Positions 1 to 7,991 of a stretch of DNA of 29,258 nt are shown here, piece after piece (within the stretch, counting starts at the first letter, position 1; each line of letters begins with the position of its first letter). Location of the stretch: the NCBI GenBank assembly GCA_037133055.1, contig JBAXOY010000026.1:1-29258 (forward strand), in the 5' to 3' direction. Below the pieces are notes generated by a model. The model saw nothing but the letters and a program-made list of their open reading frames with translations, did not search any database and was not told the DNA's origin. This stretch comes from Chlamydiota bacterium. Lineage in GTDB: Bacteria; Auribacterota; Tritonobacteria; UBA1439. The position numbers and the translations under genes are program-made.

Positions 1-500
1 ACTACGAGGAGCCGCTCGAGGACGTCGACGCGACCTTCTTCGGGACCGTCGAGCAAAACTTCGAGGTGGTCCGCCGCATCATCGAGCTCAAGAAGCGGGA
101 GCCGGACCGCGAGGTCGAGGAGCTCGGCAAGATCTGGCCCCTGCGGTTCAAGCACATGGGCACCGTGGTCTGCCCCTTCTTCCGCTACACCGTCCCCTCG
201 GAGATACCGCTCAAGGATTTCACGATGGAGCTTGCCGCCCCGTCGGTCTCGCTCACCGGGACGGTCTCCGACGACCGGCACACGCCGTACCTCCCCGCCG
301 TGATAGGGCTCGACGGGGTCTCCGCGGACGGAAAGAGCCGCCCCCCGATCGAGGTCGTGATCTACGACGGGGCGCAGCGCGGCGAATTTTTCAAGGGCGA
401 CCGCGTGTGGGTGAAGGGCCGCCTCGTGAGAATCACGAAGGACGGAAGGACCCGGGACGCGGCGCTGGTCACGAAACCCGACGAGGTGGGGAAGCGGTAG
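1..500 (+). CDS. Partial (5'-truncated) putative nucleotidyltransferase-like protein, resembling the C-terminal half of the COG1665 type with an OB-like terminal domain
   Basis: Frame is open from position 3 (YEEPLEDVDATFFG...) with a DxD motif. The C-terminal 'GTVSDD...YLPAV...VVIYDGAQRGEFFKGDRVWVKGRLVRI' pattern resembles that family from memory. Stop TAG at 498-500. Confidence 0.45.
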   Translation, partial: YEEPLEDVDATFFGTVEQNFEVVRRIIELKKREPDREVEELGKIWPLRFKHMGTVVCPFFRYTVPSEIPLKDFTMELAAPSVSLTGTVSDDRHTPYLPAVIGLDGVSADGKSRPPIEVVIYDGAQRGEFFKGDRVWVKGRLVRITKDGRTRDAALVTKPDEVGKR

Positions 501-518
501 GAGCCCAAGGAGCGCACC

Positions 519-1631
519 GTGGAATACCTCGCGCTCGCGCGAAAAAACAGGCACGCGGCGATCTACGAGCTGAAAGGCGAGTACGGCGACAGCCTCACCC
601 GCTACATCGCCTCGACGCCCGAGAGCCGCGAGATCTGCAACCGCCCCGAGGTCACCGGCGTACGCTACACCGACCTCCTCGAGTCCGCGGTCACCTCGGT
701 CCTCACCCACCTCCCCATCGCCCCCTCCCTCCGCAGGCTCGACCCGCACACGGTCGGCGTCATACACTTCATGCGGGGGAGCCTGAACTTCGGGATGCGG
801 CACGCCCTCGCGCGCGCCTACGGCTTCAACGCCCACAGCTCGTCCTTCATCACCTCCCAGCGCGACCGGGACAAGTACGGGCGGTGGTTCATCCGGGACA
901 ACCAGTACCGGAAGATCGTGATCCCGCCCCACGCGACGCTCTTTTTCGCCGACGTCATCGCGACCGGCGTCACGATCTCGAACGGGATGGACATCATCGT
1001 CAACCTTGCAAAAAACGGCGGATCCCCCATCCGGCAGATCGTCTTCTTCACCATCGGCTGCCACAAGCTCGAGAAATTCCTCAGGGAATACGCCCGGCGG
1101 CTGAAGGCCATCTTCCCCGAGTACGAGCGCACCGTGGCGGTCTATCTCGAGGGGAAGTTCCACCTCGCCGACTCGAAGACCGCGGTGAAGATCAAGATCC
1201 AGGGGACCGACCTGATGCGGAGCCCGGGCATCCTCGCGCCGGAGTTCGAGCTCTCGCAGTACGACGCGCTCTCCTCCCCGCTGGAGCGGTGCGTGATCTA
1301 CGACGCGGGGACGCGCGCCTTCGACGTGGACGATTACGTGAGGAAGCTCGAGGCCTACTGGCTGGAGGTCCTCCACCACGCCGAAAAGGGCTGGACGCTC
1401 GAGGAGGCGCTGCGGGAGCGGTGGCCGGAAGAGGAGTACGGGCTTCCGTACGAGGGGTTCAAGGCGGCGAAGTCCGCGCAGTGGCGCGGCGTGGGGGACG
1501 CGTTCCTCAGAAAGCTCCACAGCGCCTGCCGCGCCCGCCGGGCGAAGGGCTTCCCGCAGCGGGCGAAGACCTCGCGAGCCCTCGCCGAGCTCTGCGCCCT
1601 GAGGCTCAAAGAGATCGCCCGAGCCCGCTGA
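519..1631 (+). CDS. Phosphoribosyltransferase-fold protein (UPRTase-like), 370 aa
   Basis: PRPP-binding-type loop 'LFFADVIATGVT' and UPRTase-like 'FMRGSL'. AAGGAG SD before the GTG start; normal codon usage. Confidence 0.6.
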   Translation: MEYLALARKNRHAAIYELKGEYGDSLTRYIASTPESREICNRPEVTGVRYTDLLESAVTSVLTHLPIAPSLRRLDPHTVGVIHFMRGSLNFGMRHALARAYGFNAHSSSFITSQRDRDKYGRWFIRDNQYRKIVIPPHATLFFADVIATGVTISNGMDIIVNLAKNGGSPIRQIVFFTIGCHKLEKFLREYARRLKAIFPEYERTVAVYLEGKFHLADSKTAVKIKIQGTDLMRSPGILAPEFELSQYDALSSPLERCVIYDAGTRAFDVDDYVRKLEAYWLEVLHHAEKGWTLEEALRERWPEEEYGLPYEGFKAAKSAQWRGVGDAFLRKLHSACRARRAKGFPQRAKTSRALAELCALRLKEIARAR

Positions 1632-2460
1632 GCAGCGCCTTCCGCATCACCCCGACCGGCGCCTCCACCCCGAGCCAGATCCGCTCCTGCTCCGCCGCCT
1701 GTCGGAGCAGCATCTCCGTCCCCGGGATCACGGTCGCGCCCGCGGCCCGCGCGTCGGCGAGGAGCCTCGTCTCGAGCGGGTTATACACGATATCCATCAC
1801 GGCGAGATCCGCGCGCAGGAGCGTCCCCGCGACGGGGCTTTCCCCCGCGAGGGGGCTCATCCCGACCGACGTCGCGTTGACGAGGATGCCCGCGGAGGCG
1901 AGCGCCTCCTCGAACGCCGCGCCGCTCCCCGGGACCGCCCCGACCCGACCCGCCGCGCCGCGGACCCCCTCGAGGTCCCCCTTCAGCGCCTCCGCGCGGG
2001 AGGGCGTCCTGTTCGCGATGACGACGGACGCCGCCCCGTCCCGGAGAAGACGGAAGCAGATCGCGCGCGCCGCGCCGCCCGCGCCGAGCACCATGACCCG
2101 GGCACCCGCCACGACGACACCGGCATCCCGCAGGGCGCCTATCGCGCCGGGGGCGTCCGTGTTGTACGCGCGCGCCATTCCCGCCTCCCCGACGGCCACG
2201 GTGTTCGCGGCGCCGATCTCCGCGGCGTCGGGATCGACGAACGCGCAGTGCGGGAGGACCGCGGTCTTGTGGGGGATGGTGACGGCGAGCCCGCGGAGAC
2301 CGGACGATGGCAACGCCCGCATGAACGCGTCGAGCCCCTCCGGGGGGACGGCGACGGCGCCGAGGCGGCAACGAAGCCCCAGCGCCTCGAACGAGGCGTT
2401 GTGGATCGCCGGGGACATCGAGTGGCCGAGGGGCCAGCCTATTACCGCATACATGGTCAT
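1606..2460 (-). CDS. aroE: Shikimate dehydrogenase
   Basis: Motifs VIGWPLGHSMSP, VTIPHK, GAANT, YNTD, GAGGAARA, NRT, NATSVGM, DIVYNP. Start reassigned to ATG 2460 inside the longer track ORF. Confidence 0.93.
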   Translation of the reverse strand: MTMYAVIGWPLGHSMSPAIHNASFEALGLRCRLGAVAVPPEGLDAFMRALPSSGLRGLAVTIPHKTAVLPHCAFVDPDAAEIGAANTVAVGEAGMARAYNTDAPGAIGALRDAGVVVAGARVMVLGAGGAARAICFRLLRDGAASVVIANRTPSRAEALKGDLEGVRGAAGRVGAVPGSGAAFEEALASAGILVNATSVGMSPLAGESPVAGTLLRADLAVMDIVYNPLETRLLADARAAGATVIPGTEMLLRQAAEQERIWLGVEAPVGVMRKALLSGLGRSL

Positions 2461-2488
2461 GGATGATGCCGGGCCAGTGGCAGCAATT

Positions 2489-2545
2489 CGTATGCGTGTA
2501 TCGGCGTAAAGATATTTTACGCTCACACGCGCATACGCCCTTACG
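2489..2545. repeat. Octamer tandem repeat arranged as an imperfect inverted repeat (aroC-aroE spacer)
   Basis: Units ttacgctc/acacgcgc/atacgccc/ttacg. Arms 2489-2510 and 2516-2537 are complementary at 18/22 positions around a 5-nt loop. Confidence 0.75.
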
Positions 2546-3653
2546 GTTTTCCCTGCACTCCCTCCCACCCGCGCATCATGAAGAGGGCGTCGAGGATGGC
2601 GATCCGCACCATCGCCTCCGCGACCGGGTAGATGCGGGGGCAGATCGTGGCGTCGCGGCGCGTGATGGCGGCAAGCCTCTCCTCCTTCATCTTCGTTTTG
2701 TCGATCGAGTCCTGCGCGATGGAGATGGTCGGGGTCGGCTTCACGGCCATGCGGATGACGAGGTCCTCGCCGCTCGAGATGCCGCCGAGGAAGCCGCCGG
2801 CGTTGTTGGTGCGGAACCTGACCCTGCCGTTCTCGATGTACGGGGGGTCGTTGCACTCTGAGCCCTTCATCCTCGCCGCCGCGAACCCCGCCCCGATCTC
2901 AACCCCCTTCACCGCCCCGATGCTCATCAGCCCGTGCGCGATGACGGCGGAGAGCTTGTCGAAAACCGGCTCGCCCAGGCCGGCGGGGACGCCGCGGGCG
3001 ATGATCTCGATCACCCCGCCGCAGGTGTCCCCCTCGTCTTTGATTTTGAGGATCTCCGCGATCATCTTCTCCGCGGCTTCGAGGTCGGGGCAGTTCAGGG
3101 GGTTCTTCCGGTAGTTCCTCTTCACCTCGTCGAAGCCCATGGGGCGCGCCGCGATGCCGTGGCTCTCCTTCACGTAGGCGAGGACCTCGATGCCGTGCCG
3201 CAGCAGCACCTGCTTCGCCACGGCGCCCCCCGCGACCCGCCCGACGGTCTCGCGCCCGCTCGCGCGTCCCGCGCCGCACCAGTCGTAGTGCTCGCCGTAC
3301 TTCACGAAGAAGGTGTACTCGGCGTGGCCGGGCCTGAAGAGGTGTTTCACCGCGCGGTACTGGTCCACATGGACCTTGTGCATGTCCACGTTGCGGACGA
3401 TGATCCCCACGGGGGCGCCGGTGGTGAGCCCCTCCTGCCCGATGCCCGCGAAGAGCTGCGCGATGTCGGTCTCCCTGCGCGGCGAGTCGAGCTCGCTCTG
3501 TCCCGGCTTCCGCTTGTCGAGCTCCTCCTGGATCATGGCGTTCGTGAGCGGGATCCCGGCCGGGACACCGTCCACGATGGCCGCGAGGCCGCCGCCGTAC
3601 GACTCGCCGCAGGTGGTGATCCTGAACATCCGTCCGAAGGTGTTGCCGAGCAT
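2541..3653 (-). CDS. aroC: Chorismate synthase (variant motifs)
   Basis: Motifs GNTFGRMFRITT.GES, RPGHAE, GRASGRETVGRVAGG, GDTCGG, GLGEPVFDKL, NNAGGFLGGISSG, KPTPTI. Lies between aroA and aroE. Confidence 0.93.
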   Translation of the reverse strand: MLGNTFGRMFRITTCGESYGGGLAAIVDGVPAGIPLTNAMIQEELDKRKPGQSELDSPRRETDIAQLFAGIGQEGLTTGAPVGIIVRNVDMHKVHVDQYRAVKHLFRPGHAEYTFFVKYGEHYDWCGAGRASGRETVGRVAGGAVAKQVLLRHGIEVLAYVKESHGIAARPMGFDEVKRNYRKNPLNCPDLEAAEKMIAEILKIKDEGDTCGGVIEIIARGVPAGLGEPVFDKLSAVIAHGLMSIGAVKGVEIGAGFAAARMKGSECNDPPYIENGRVRFRTNNAGGFLGGISSGEDLVIRMAVKPTPTISIAQDSIDKTKMKEERLAAITRRDATICPRIYPVAEAMVRIAILDALFMMRGWEGVQGKP

Positions 3654-3657
3654 TTCG

Positions 3658-4935
3658 TTATCCTCCCTCTTCTCTCAGCTCCATATCCGCGCCGCATCGC
3701 CGCATCAGGTCCGTGAAATCGGGGAACGTGACGCGCATCGCCTCGGCGGTGTCCACGACGGTCTCCCCCTCGGCGGCGAGCCCCGCGACCGCAAGCGCCA
3801 TCACCACGCGGTGATCGTGGTGGCCGCTCACCCGGGCACCGCGGAGGGGGCGGCCCCTGATGACGAGGCCGTCCTCCTTCTCCTCGATGTCGGCGCCCAT
3901 CTTCGCGAGCTCCTGCGCCATCACTGCGATCCGGTCGGTCTCCTTGATCCGCGCCTGCGCCACGTTGCGCAGCCTCGTCTCGCCGGACGCGAAGCATGCC
4001 GCGACCGCGAGCGCGGGCAGCGCGTCGGGGGTGTTGTTGAGGTCGAACTCGGCGCCCTTCAAACCGCGGCCCCGTATTTTCAGCGACCCCGGGAGAGGCT
4101 CGACCTCCGCGCCCATCTCGGCGAGCATGCCCGCCACCGCCTTGTCGCCCTGGACGTCCCCCATATCGAGGCCGCCGAGCACGAGCTCCGAGCCGGTGAC
4201 CGCCGCCGCGCAGAGAAAGAAGGCCGCCGAGGAGAAGTCGCCGGGGATCCGGCGCTCGAACGCACGGTATTCCTGCCCCCCCTTGATGAAGAAGCGCTTC
4301 CAGTCCTTCCGCTCCCAGGCCACCCGCTGCCCGTCCAGCCACGCGAGCGTCATCTCGACGTAGGGGATCTCGTTGAGCTGGAGGACCCGCACCTCGGTGT
4401 TCTTCTCCGCGAGCGGGGCGGAGATGAGCAGGCTCGAGAGGAACTGGGAGGTGACCGCCCGGATCTCGGTGCGCCCGCCGGCCATCCTGCCCCTGAGCGC
4501 CGCCGGCGCGCATCCGTTCCCCCGGGTGGTGAACCCCTCGGCGCCCAGAAGCCGGTACGCGTCGATGAGCGGCTGGACCGGGCGGCGCCTGATCTGGTCG
4601 TCGCCGGTAAAGACCGTCCAGCCGTCGCAGAGGGCCGCGGCGCCGAGAAAGAGCCTGAGCGTGGTCCCCGAGTTGCCGACGTCGACGACGTTGTCCGGCA
4701 GCGCGGGGCGCCCCGCCGTCCCCGCGATGATCCAGTCCTCCCCCGCCTCGACCTCCGCCCCGAAGGCGCGGGCGGCGTTGAGCGCGGAGCGCGTGTCGGA
4801 GGAGTCGAGCGGCTTCACGATCCTCGACGTGCCCGACGCGAGGGACGCGATGACGACCGCCCGGATCGTGTGCGACTTCGACCCGGGGATCGGCACGACG
4901 CCCTTCAGGCGCGACGGCCTGATAACGAGCTGCAT
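3658..4935 (-). CDS. aroA: 3-phosphoshikimate 1-carboxyvinyltransferase (EPSP synthase)
   Basis: Motifs PGSKSHTIRA, GNSGTTLR, SQFLSSLL, PGDFSSAAF, RIKETDRI, HDHRVVMA. Start ATG 4935 after a GGAGG/GAGG SD. Confidence 0.95.
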   Translation of the reverse strand: MQLVIRPSRLKGVVPIPGSKSHTIRAVVIASLASGTSRIVKPLDSSDTRSALNAARAFGAEVEAGEDWIIAGTAGRPALPDNVVDVGNSGTTLRLFLGAAALCDGWTVFTGDDQIRRRPVQPLIDAYRLLGAEGFTTRGNGCAPAALRGRMAGGRTEIRAVTSQFLSSLLISAPLAEKNTEVRVLQLNEIPYVEMTLAWLDGQRVAWERKDWKRFFIKGGQEYRAFERRIPGDFSSAAFFLCAAAVTGSELVLGGLDMGDVQGDKAVAGMLAEMGAEVEPLPGSLKIRGRGLKGAEFDLNNTPDALPALAVAACFASGETRLRNVAQARIKETDRIAVMAQELAKMGADIEEKEDGLVIRGRPLRGARVSGHHDHRVVMALAVAGLAAEGETVVDTAEAMRVTFPDFTDLMRRCGADMELREEGG

Positions 4936-4974
4936 TTCCTCATCCCTCCGGAGGGGCACACCATAGCACAACTG

Positions 4975-5106
4975 AATGACAAATGACAAAATCCGAATGA
5001 CAAATGAAAGACCGCTACCCAATGAACAAGATCAAAACCGCCGGCGCCGGCATTTGAATTTTGTCGTTGGAATTATTATTGTCATTTGAGCTTTGCCATT
5101 TGTCAT
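4975..5106. repeat. AT-rich heptamer (AATGACA-type) tandem repeats in inverted orientation
   Basis: Left units aatgaca aatgaca aaatccg aatgaca aatgaaa. Arm 4976-5002 matches the reverse complement of 5080-5106 at 22/27 positions. Confidence 0.85.
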
Positions 5107-6122
5107 CGCCGTTCCCCCGCCAGGTCGGCGATCCTGCAGACGAGATCGGGATAGCTCATCCCGGCGGCCGCGGCGGACCGGGCGAGCCCGGCGTCGGGGG
5201 CGATGCAGGGGTTCGGGTTCACCTCGAGCACGTACGGGACCCCGTCCCGGCCAAGGCGTATGTCCACCCGGGCGTACCCGTCGCAGGAAAGCGCGCGGTA
5301 CGCCGCGAGCGCGGCCTGCTTCACCCGCGCCTCCGCCGCGCGCGGGAGCCGCGCCGGGCAACGAGGCGCGGTGCGCGCGTACTCCTCGCTTCCGGGGACC
5401 CATTTCGCGCGATAGTCGCAGATCCGCGCAGCGCCGCGGGACATGCGCCCCATCTCTATCTCCGAGACCGGGAGGATGAGGGGCTTCAGCGCCCCGAGGA
5501 TCGACACGTTCAGCTCGCGGCCGTCCACGTACCGCTCGACGAGGGCCGGCTGACGGTAGCGCGCGTGGATTCGACGGCACCTCGCGGAGAGCTCGCGGCG
5601 GTTCCTCACGAACGCGTCGCGGCCGATGCCGATGCTCGCGTCCTCCCTCACCGGCTTCACGAAGAGCGGGTAGCGCATCCCCGCGGGCAACGCCAGGGGC
5701 GGCTCACCCGCGCAGACGAAATGCGGCGGCGTCGGGATCCCTCCGGCGATGAAAAGCGCCTTGGCGAGGGCCTTGTCGAGCGCGATGCCCAGCGCCAGGG
5801 GGCCGCATCCCGTATGCGGCATCCCGAGAAGATCGAGAAAGGCGCAGGCGTGCATCTCGCAACGGCTTTCCCCTCCCGCCCCCTCGCAGAGATTGAAGAC
5901 GAGCCGCGGGCTCGCGGCGGCGAGCCGCCGCATGAACGCCCCCGCGCTCCGGCGCATCGGGAGCAGGAAGGCATGACGGCCGCGGGCGGCGAGCGCATCC
6001 CGCACGCTGCGCGCATCGCGGGCGACACTTTCATTCGCCTCCCGCTCCGCGTCGGGGATTTCCCCGCGCGGATGATACCCGTTGTAGACGACGGCGATGC
6101 CGCCCGAGCGCTTCGCATTCAC
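5103..6122 (-). CDS. D-Ala-D-Ala ligase-like ATP-grasp enzyme (non-canonical), copy 1
   Basis: Motifs VFNLCEG, PHTGC...DKALAK, FVKPVREDASIGI, LVERYVDGRELNV, YARVDIRL, LEVNPNP. GTG start with a purine-rich SD. Confidence 0.85.
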   Translation of the reverse strand: MNAKRSGGIAVVYNGYHPRGEIPDAEREANESVARDARSVRDALAARGRHAFLLPMRRSAGAFMRRLAAASPRLVFNLCEGAGGESRCEMHACAFLDLLGMPHTGCGPLALGIALDKALAKALFIAGGIPTPPHFVCAGEPPLALPAGMRYPLFVKPVREDASIGIGRDAFVRNRRELSARCRRIHARYRQPALVERYVDGRELNVSILGALKPLILPVSEIEMGRMSRGAARICDYRAKWVPGSEEYARTAPRCPARLPRAAEARVKQAALAAYRALSCDGYARVDIRLGRDGVPYVLEVNPNPCIAPDAGLARSAAAAGMSYPDLVCRIADLAGERR

Positions 6123-6190
6123 GTCCCCGATTCCTCCGCCTCCGGCCGACCCCCCTCCAGTATAGCGCGCGGGGTGGGGATTCTGACAGG

Positions 6191-6253
6191 ATTTTCAGTT
6201 TCGATTTTCAGGAATTTCAGTTTCAGATGGAGGTGATTATTACTGTGATTAAT
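6191..6253. repeat. Degenerate TTTCAG hexamer repeats and a GTGATTA duplication in the divergent spacer
   Basis: tttcag tttcga ttttcag gaa tttcag tttcag, then gtgattattact gtgattaat. Confidence 0.55.
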
Positions 6254-6256
6254 CGT

Positions 6257-6285
6257 TTGCCCCGCTCCGCACTACGTGCTATAGT
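6257..6285 (+). promoter_or_regulatory. Sigma70-type promoter with extended -10
   Basis: TTGCCC (6257-6262), 17-nt spacer, TATAGT (6280-6285) preceded by TG at 6277-6278. Confidence 0.65.
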
Positions 6286-6291
6286 ATGGGC

Positions 6292-6735
6292 ATGAACTGC
6301 AAAACAAATATCGCGCGCCTCTTCGCCGCGGCGGCGGCCGTGAGTGCGTGTGTCGGCGTCGTTCCTCTCTGTCGCGCGCAGGTCCCTACCGGCCCCATCG
6401 CTCCGCTCAAGAAGATGGAGTTCAAGACGGTCGACCCGCTCGGGGGCGCGAAGCTCCCCTCCGCGGCTCCGGGCGCCGGCTCCGCCTCTCCCGGGGGCGC
6501 CGCGGACAGTCCGATTGCGGTGAGAAAAGCGGGCTCCGCCTACTACTCCGATTCGGCCGCGAGTCAGCAGACGGGGGTGAGCGGCGGGGGCCCCGCCTAC
6601 AGCTGCCCAATGACCTCGCGTCAGCCGATCCGGGGGCATGGGGGCTTCACGGGGTATTCGGACTCCGGCAACAGGCGCGGAGCTCAGAAGGCCTGGAGCG
6701 GCAATGCATCGGATGTAAAAAACATGTATCGATAA
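6292..6735 (+). CDS. Hypothetical secreted low-complexity (G/S/A-rich) protein
   Basis: Signal-peptide-like N-terminus (IARLFAAAAAVSACVGVVPLCRA|Q). ATG 6292 chosen over 6286 because of the promoter position. Confidence 0.65.
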   Translation: MNCKTNIARLFAAAAAVSACVGVVPLCRAQVPTGPIAPLKKMEFKTVDPLGGAKLPSAAPGAGSASPGGAADSPIAVRKAGSAYYSDSAASQQTGVSGGGPAYSCPMTSRQPIRGHGGFTGYSDSGNRRGAQKAWSGNASDVKNMYR

Positions 6736-6760
6736 GCCGCGCCCCTCGGGAAGGGAACAG

Positions 6761-7093
6761 ATGCGCACACGCATAGTCGTTGTCGTTCTCGCCGCATGCA
6801 TCCTGTGCCCGGCGCCCCACGCGCTCGCGCAATGGACGCCCCGCAAGATCGCCCGCGCGCCCCTGCAACGCGGCCCGTTGAAATCTCCTTCGTACCGCGG
6901 GCAGCGCGGCCCGGTGCAGTCCCGGAAGGCGAACGCCTCAGGCCCCATAGTCGGGAATCCGGTAACGCCCCGCGGGATACTTCCCCAGGACGCCGAGTGG
7001 CGTAATTACGAAGCGTATGTCGGGTACAAGGCGTTCGACGCACAGACCTCGGACTCATCCCGTATAGATAGGGGCGGACCCATACCGTGGTAA
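6761..7093 (+). CDS. Hypothetical secreted protein, 110 aa
   Basis: Signal peptide MRTRIVVVVLAACILCPAPHALA|Q; SD AAGGGA upstream. Confidence 0.65.
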   Translation: MRTRIVVVVLAACILCPAPHALAQWTPRKIARAPLQRGPLKSPSYRGQRGPVQSRKANASGPIVGNPVTPRGILPQDAEWRNYEAYVGYKAFDAQTSDSSRIDRGGPIPW

Positions 7094-7136
7094 TCGCGCC
7101 GGTGCGCGCCGGAGCCGGATCATCGAGGTGTGCCCC

Positions 7137-7520
7137 ATGGACAATCGGCGGATGGAACATCTGAGACAGCAGCTCCTTTCCCTCCGGGAAAATATTCAGG
7201 GAGAGGTGGCCAGCCTCCAGCGCGACTCGCTGAGCCAGTCGCCGAGGGAGCAGTCGGGCGACCTCTCGGGCTACTCGACCCATCTCGCCGACACGGCGAG
7301 CGACTCCTACGACCGCGAGTTCACCATCTCCCTGGCGTCGCGCGAGCAGCAGGTCCTGAACGACGTGGACACGGCGCTCGCCAAGATGGGCACCGACGAG
7401 TACGGCATCTGCGAGATCTGCGCGCACCCGATCGACGAAACACGCCTTGCGGCGGTGCCCTACGCGCGGCTCTGCCTGCAGTGCAAGGAACGCCAGGAGA
7501 AGTCCCGGGCGCCCGCATGA
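7137..7520 (+). CDS. DksA/TraR C4-type zinc-finger family protein
   Basis: Coiled coil with HLADTASD tip, then YGICEIC...RLAAVPYARLCLQC. GAGGTG SD before ATG 7137. Confidence 0.9.
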   Translation: MDNRRMEHLRQQLLSLRENIQGEVASLQRDSLSQSPREQSGDLSGYSTHLADTASDSYDREFTISLASREQQVLNDVDTALAKMGTDEYGICEICAHPIDETRLAAVPYARLCLQCKERQEKSRAPA

Positions 7521-7897
7521 GATGCGTCGTCCGCGCCGCCATCCCGATCATCCTCCCGATCGCCTGCCTCGCCGCCGGGCTTGCGCGCCCCGCGCGCGCG
7601 GCGGATCCCGACCGGAACACCGTGGCCACCGTCACGGCGACGCTCCGGTCGGTTGACGCCGCGCGGGGCGTCATCGCCGTCGAAAGGCGCGGGGGGGGGG
7701 GCGCGGAGTTTCGCGTGGACGCCGTGAAAACCCTGATCTTCAAGGGAATACGGACCCTCTCCCTCGACGAACTCGCGCCGGGGATGCGGCTCGATATAGA
7801 CTACCGCCCCGAGGCGGGCGGGGCGATACCGCTCGCGGCATGGGTCGAGGTGACGGGGCCGGAGGGGAACGCGGTCGCTGACCGCAACAAGGACTAG
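7517..7897 (+). CDS. Hypothetical secreted protein, probable small OB-fold (DUF5666-like)
   Basis: ATGA overlap with the upstream stop; signal peptide ending ARA|A; 'LSLDELAPGMRLDIDY' pattern. Confidence 0.65.
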   Translation: MRCVVRAAIPIILPIACLAAGLARPARAADPDRNTVATVTATLRSVDAARGVIAVERRGGGGAEFRVDAVKTLIFKGIRTLSLDELAPGMRLDIDYRPEAGGAIPLAAWVEVTGPEGNAVADRNKD

Positions 7898-7991
7898 ATT
7901 TTTCACCACGAAGAGCAGCGCGCGTCGCAGAGGGATTATTCCGGCCCCGCAAAAGAAGGCGTTGGCCGGCGGAAGAAAGGAAGGGGCAGCG

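Noticed and set aside
1606..1631. 26-bp convergent 3' overlap of the PRTase-like gene and aroE
   Set aside because: Short convergent overlaps are common and nothing suggests a special function.
407..2509. 700-aa plus-strand ORF and many other long overlapping or antisense ORFs (e.g. 3313-4986, 10694-12004, 19849-22038, 23067-24683)
   Set aside because: Arg/Pro/Gly-rich shadow frames of well-supported genes, as expected in high-GC DNA; no motifs or SD.
2461..2856. Apparent 130-aa N-terminal extension of AroE
   Set aside because: It is an alternative frame of aroC plus the spacer; AroE homology starts at ATG 2460.
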